Positions 59,669 to 64,000 of a stretch of 64,000 bases of DNA are shown here, one piece after another; within the stretch, counting starts at the first letter, position 1; the number at the start of each line of letters is the position of its first letter. The stretch is taken from contig CM059447.1 in assembly GCA_030390025.1 (NCBI GenBank), positions 15,500,001-15,564,000 on the forward strand, given 5' to 3'. Under the pieces are notes generated by a model that was not told the DNA's origin, made no database searches, and saw only the letters and a program-made list of their open reading frames with translations. The DNA is from Squalus acanthias (Eukaryota). The position numbers and the translations under genes are program-made.

Positions 59669-59756
59669 CAGCACTTTGGGCAGCTGTTCCTCTCTGGCAG
59701 CAGGAATAGCTCCTTGAGAACTGGCACACTGATAGCGATTGGAAAATTATGCCCAT
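59669..59756 (-). CDS. Candidate first coding exon MGIIFQSLSVCQFSRSYSCCQRGTAAQSA, ending in phase 1
   Basis: ATG at 59756, donor CTG|gtaagc, TATATA ~95 nt upstream (59850-59855); in frame with 59495-59530. Confidence 0.4.
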
Positions 59757-60611
59757 GAGCTTAATAAACCATTCACACTTACAATCTTTTGCCTAAGTTT
59801 GTACAAACCTCTTTGCCACTCACGTTTACACCCCTGTTTTTGTTTCTAGTATATACAGTGGTCATGTTCTGAGCATAAAAGACTGAAATCTAGGATGATT
59901 TATTTGAATGTATAAATCTCTTCTATGTTGCGATGTTACCAAATGCAAGATACAAGACTTTCTGACATAAGTAAATGCAAGATATCAATCACTTGAATGG
60001 TTGAAGGGTTTTACAAGGGTCTTTTCCCTAGTGAGATAGGTTCTTCATTATATTGTACATTACAAAAAGAATAATAGAAAACTGGGATGGGGAATTCACA
60101 AACCTGTAATCCAGTCCAGGACTTCAGGTGACATCATATACTGCAACAGTGGAGCTTTAGCCATTTCGGGCGATAACCTAAATCTCAAGATCCAGGTTTA
60201 CGCCTTAACTCTCTTTCGTTAATTTCATTTTTCACAACAAATTCTACTGACCATGCTTGTTTCAAAACGCATCAGCTTACAGGCTGCTTGTACCTCATAG
60301 TTTCAGTTTCAGCTTCATACTGACACAATCGTGCAGTGTAATGCTTGTGTGGGGTAACCTGAAATGAACTTGGGTTTCCCTGCACTTTGCTTCATGCCCA
60401 CTGCAGTACAACGTCCACCAGTGTAAAGTGAACTTAAATAAGGAGGCCTCGGTTTTAAAATTAATTTTTAATCTTCAAATACCAGAAGAGAGCGGCCAGG
60501 TTAGGCATCTCTTAATAACGGTAAAGTTTAACCTCTATTTAGATATCGTCATGACGCAGCCACAGAGCTCCCTTTTCCCTGGGTACAGAGGAATGCAGAG
60601 CTGGTAGTATA

Positions 60612-60933
60612 AGAACATAAGAAATAGGAGCAGGAGTCGACCATTCGGCCCTTCGAGCCTGCTCCGCCATTCAATAAGATCACGGCTGATCTTCTACCTC
60701 AACTCCACTTCCCCGTCCCGCCCTATCCCCATATCCCTTGGCTCCCTTAGTATCCAAAAATCTATCGATCTCTGTTTTGAATATACTCAACGATTGCGCA
60801 TCCACAGCCCTCTGGGGTAGAGAATTCCAAAGATTCACAACCCTTTGAGGAAAGAAATTTCTCCTCATCTCAGTCCTAAATGGCCGACCCCTTATTCTGA
60901 GACTGTGACCCCTGATTCTCGACTCCCCAGCCA
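60612..60933 (-). mobile_element. CR1 LINE 3' end (young)
   Basis: ESRIRGHSLRIRGRPFRTEMRRNFFPQRVVNLWNSLP; aagaacataagaaat tail. Confidence 0.92.
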
Positions 60934-61877
60934 GGTCTGTTGGCCCTCTGTCACTCTCAGCAGGCACTAGTCCTAAACTGATTCCCATAGTATAACCATG
61001 TCCTTACTGTCATTTAAATGCCAAGCATAATGTAAGAGGCAAAAATGACATTTTGATAGCACTCATTATATCAGGAGTGACATCTCAGAGCTCTTTACAG
61101 CGTGGTGGATACAAGAGGACATTAAACGGGAAAGTGAAAAGGAAGAGAGTCAGGAGGGGACAAAAACACGGTATAAAAGAGTCTAAAGGAGGCATTTGGA
61201 GGCAGAAGGTGGAGATGCTGAGGGAGAGAGAGCCAGAGGGTGGGGCTGTGGCCAAAGAAACGGCCAACAATAAGGGAGGGTGGGGAGTGGGGAACTGCAG
61301 TCAGTGACATGTCATTGCCCTTTGTGGTGCAATGTGCAGCATTGTGTACAGACACAAGGCTAGTAAAAGGGTTTATTATGCCAATACTATTACAGTTTAT
61401 TTACCCTATAGTACATACCGTAAATAAATGAACATTTGATAAGAATATACAGATAAATCCTGTTTTGTGGAGACACAGGCTAGCTGTCCCCCCATCCACA
61501 CCCCTTTTCCCCATTACCTAGCAGAATCTCTAACTGATGCGAAGTTAGACTTGAAATTTTCTTATTATCAATATCTCAATTAATCAAAAAAGTTAGCATT
61601 TATTGAGCTTCAACTGTTTCATATTCCTGAGTCACAGCACACTGTCGCACAGATTAAAGGTTTTCGTGATTGCAGAAAGAAAGAAAATAGCAGGACAAAC
61701 CTAAATAAAGGTTAACTTTGTCCTGGGGGCATCTTGTTCGAATCTTTATTATAGGTTTGAACTAGTGAAAGAAATTTAACATCATTCATTGGGACAGGAC
61801 TGCTGTTAAATAGGAAACTGTCCAAGATTTCAGCACTGCAGGAGTTAACCTCGGAGAGGAGAGAACAAAAGGATTTT

Positions 61878-61995
61878 ACAACCAATCAAGACTTGCCAAG
61901 GTTTTGCGGCCCTGCGATTGGTTGGAAAGAGCCCTATGAAGATGCAGACGGGTGGGCATGTCAAAGCCACGTGGGGCGAGATTAGCTCCAGCTAT
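61878..61995. promoter_or_regulatory. Candidate promoter: two inverted CCAAT boxes, E-box, GC-box
   Basis: aCCAATca at 61881, gATTGGtt at 61916, cCACGTGg at 61967-61974, ggggcg immediately after. Confidence 0.35.
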
Positions 61996-63557
61996 TTACA
62001 CAGCACCTCAACCCCAGACAGCTTGACTTGCCTGTTACTTGCACTCAGCTGAACGCCTCTATGCTTTGGTGGCAAGACAAATTCTCATTTAGTGATATTT
62101 TAAATTCGTTTTGAGATAGCTTGAAATATTCGGAAATACCTTCAAATCGTTTCTAGATACAGTCCATCCTGCTATTGTCACTTTGAGTTTACCCACCCCA
62201 AAAATGTGGGAATGAAACAGGATGTGACAAAGTGGAACTGAAGTGTGATCGCTGGCCCTTAAATCAGTTCAGAAGATTGTGATCGTTTACAAAACATCTT
62301 GAGAAAGTATCAAAAATACCCTCAGTAGAATTTACTTCCTTAGTTAGCTACGTCGTAGCATTAGTTTGAAATGCTCTCAGGAAAACTGAAGTGGAGATTG
62401 AAATATTTTACATTGTCTTAAGTGGCCTCGGGAGAGGGAGGGGGCATCGGGGCTCAAACGGAGACCCATGACCTCTGTCCGCTGCTGTCCCGTATTTAGT
62501 TTGCCGTTCCAATCAAAAGCCTGTTGGAAGGCAAACACCGAGGATACCCATAGTTAAAATGGAGGCAGTCCATTTAGCTTGTGACATTCACCAGAATCTG
62601 GAACAACAAATGTTGTCGGGTTCACTGACGGTCAGTTCCTTTATATTAAAGCACGCTGTTGATGACAGGAGGTATAGAACATCTGCTTCAATATAAAAAG
62701 GTCTTAAAGGGAGCAGGATTTCCTCGGTATGAACAGCGGTGTAATTAATCTTCTGATTACGTTGCCAAAAGCTGAAAAATTAAGCCACAGTTTGAAAAGA
62801 ATAAAGGGAAAATGGAATCACTCTTTCCCCTCTGCCAGGACCTGAAATTATATATCAGATATCTCACAATAATAAATGTAAAATAAAAATCTTAATGCAT
62901 CTTTATAGCTCACAATACTGTTGGGTTATTGTGAGAAGATTCTGACATCTCTTTCAATGAGTTTTAAGAAATACCTTAGGCTGCTTCACAACACTGTACC
63001 CCATGAGTGAGAGAACAATGGCAACCTACCACCATCAGTTTATCTACAGAGACTGGGGAATGGCTTTTTCAAATGGTTCTGAACCATTTCATGCAGTGTG
63101 GAGCGTTAAGTGATGATTCACATGTGTGCACAGTGTTATCGCTTTTGTATTCAGTGAAGTGTGAATTATCACTGTTGGTGAATGGGAAAATTAACAACAA
63201 GTGTCCTTGGATAAACACAATTCTGACGCTACAAAGCTTCTACAACCATGAATCAAAGAGAATTTTAACCTTGTGGAGAAGGAGGAGGGGGAAGGGAGAA
63301 GGTTATTTGAACTGACGGTGGTGCTTGTTTTGTTGTTATACACCTTTACAGGATTCTTACCTTGCCTGAGAGCTTATGCTGACCTGCTGAGTGTTTCCAG
63401 AATTATATGTTTTTGTTTCAGGTTTCCAGCTTCTGCAGTATTTTTCTTTCTGTTCTGAGAGTTTAATAGACGGCTGTGTCATAGCGCACCAAGTCCTGCT
63501 GATGCATCCTCGCTGACCTACATTGGCTTCCGGTCCCCCAACGCCTCCAATTAAAAA

Positions 63558-64000
63558 AAAAGACTTATATTTATATAGCGACTTTCACGACCACCGGACG
63601 TCCCAAAGCGCTTTACAGCCAATTAAGTACATTTTGAAATGTAGTCACTGTTGTCGTGTAGGAAACGCGGCAGCCATTTTTGCGCACAGCAAGGTCCCAC
63701 AAACAGCAATGTGATAATGACCAGATAATCTGTTTTCGTGATGTTGATTGAGGGATAAATATTGGCTAGGACACCGGGGATAACTCCCCTGCTCTTCTTC
63801 GAAATAGTGCCATAGGATCTTTTACATCCACCTGAGAGGGCAGATGGGGCCTCGGTTTATAGTCAATGAAGTACTTTTTGAAATGTAGTCACTGTTGTAA
63901 TGTAGGAAACGTGGCAGCCAATTTGCACACAGCAAGCTCCCACAAACAGTAATGTGATAATGACCAGATAATCTGCTCTGAGAGAGCAGACAGGGCCTCG
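63558..64000 (-). mobile_element. Two tandem partial SINE family A copies
   Basis: 63558-63859 covers tail to core; a second, internally deleted copy starts at ~63860 and runs off the window. Confidence 0.9.

Noticed and set aside
1-64000. A novel prokaryote-style multi-gene system (defence island, retron, etc.)
   Set aside because: Coding density is very low. All RT, endonuclease and transposase traces are decayed eukaryotic transposons.

Overview
Eukaryotic, repeat-rich, almost entirely non-coding DNA. The repeat content (Deu-domain tRNA-SINEs, CR1, L2 and RTE LINE fragments, Penelope-like elements, a V-SINE/HE1-like fragment, GC-rich MITEs) points to a cartilaginous fish (shark) genome; this is inferred from family recognition, not from a database search. 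There is no prokaryotic operon, CRISPR array, rRNA or true tRNA gene, and no complete recognisable protein-coding gene. The window looks like large intron(s) with scattered candidate small exons. A phase-1-compatible series lies on the minus strand (59669-59756, 59495-59530, 53509-53736, 40038-40101, 16921-17035, 11849-11944, 316-351), and a few weaker microexon or first-exon candidates lie on the plus strand. I could not name the gene. Best-supported points of interest: two minimal hammerhead ribozymes in Penelope-like insertions with a compensatory stem change; a 177-bp fold-back insertion with a target-site duplication (TSD); a 131-bp locally templated insertion with a 15-bp duplication; minisatellites that arose inside a SINE and an L2; Harbinger-type MITEs with a fossil Harbinger transposase; hAT-type MITEs nested in SINEs; a perfect 25-bp-arm hairpin; and CRX/OTX-type and CTCF-type motif pairs. 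I found no clearly new biological system.
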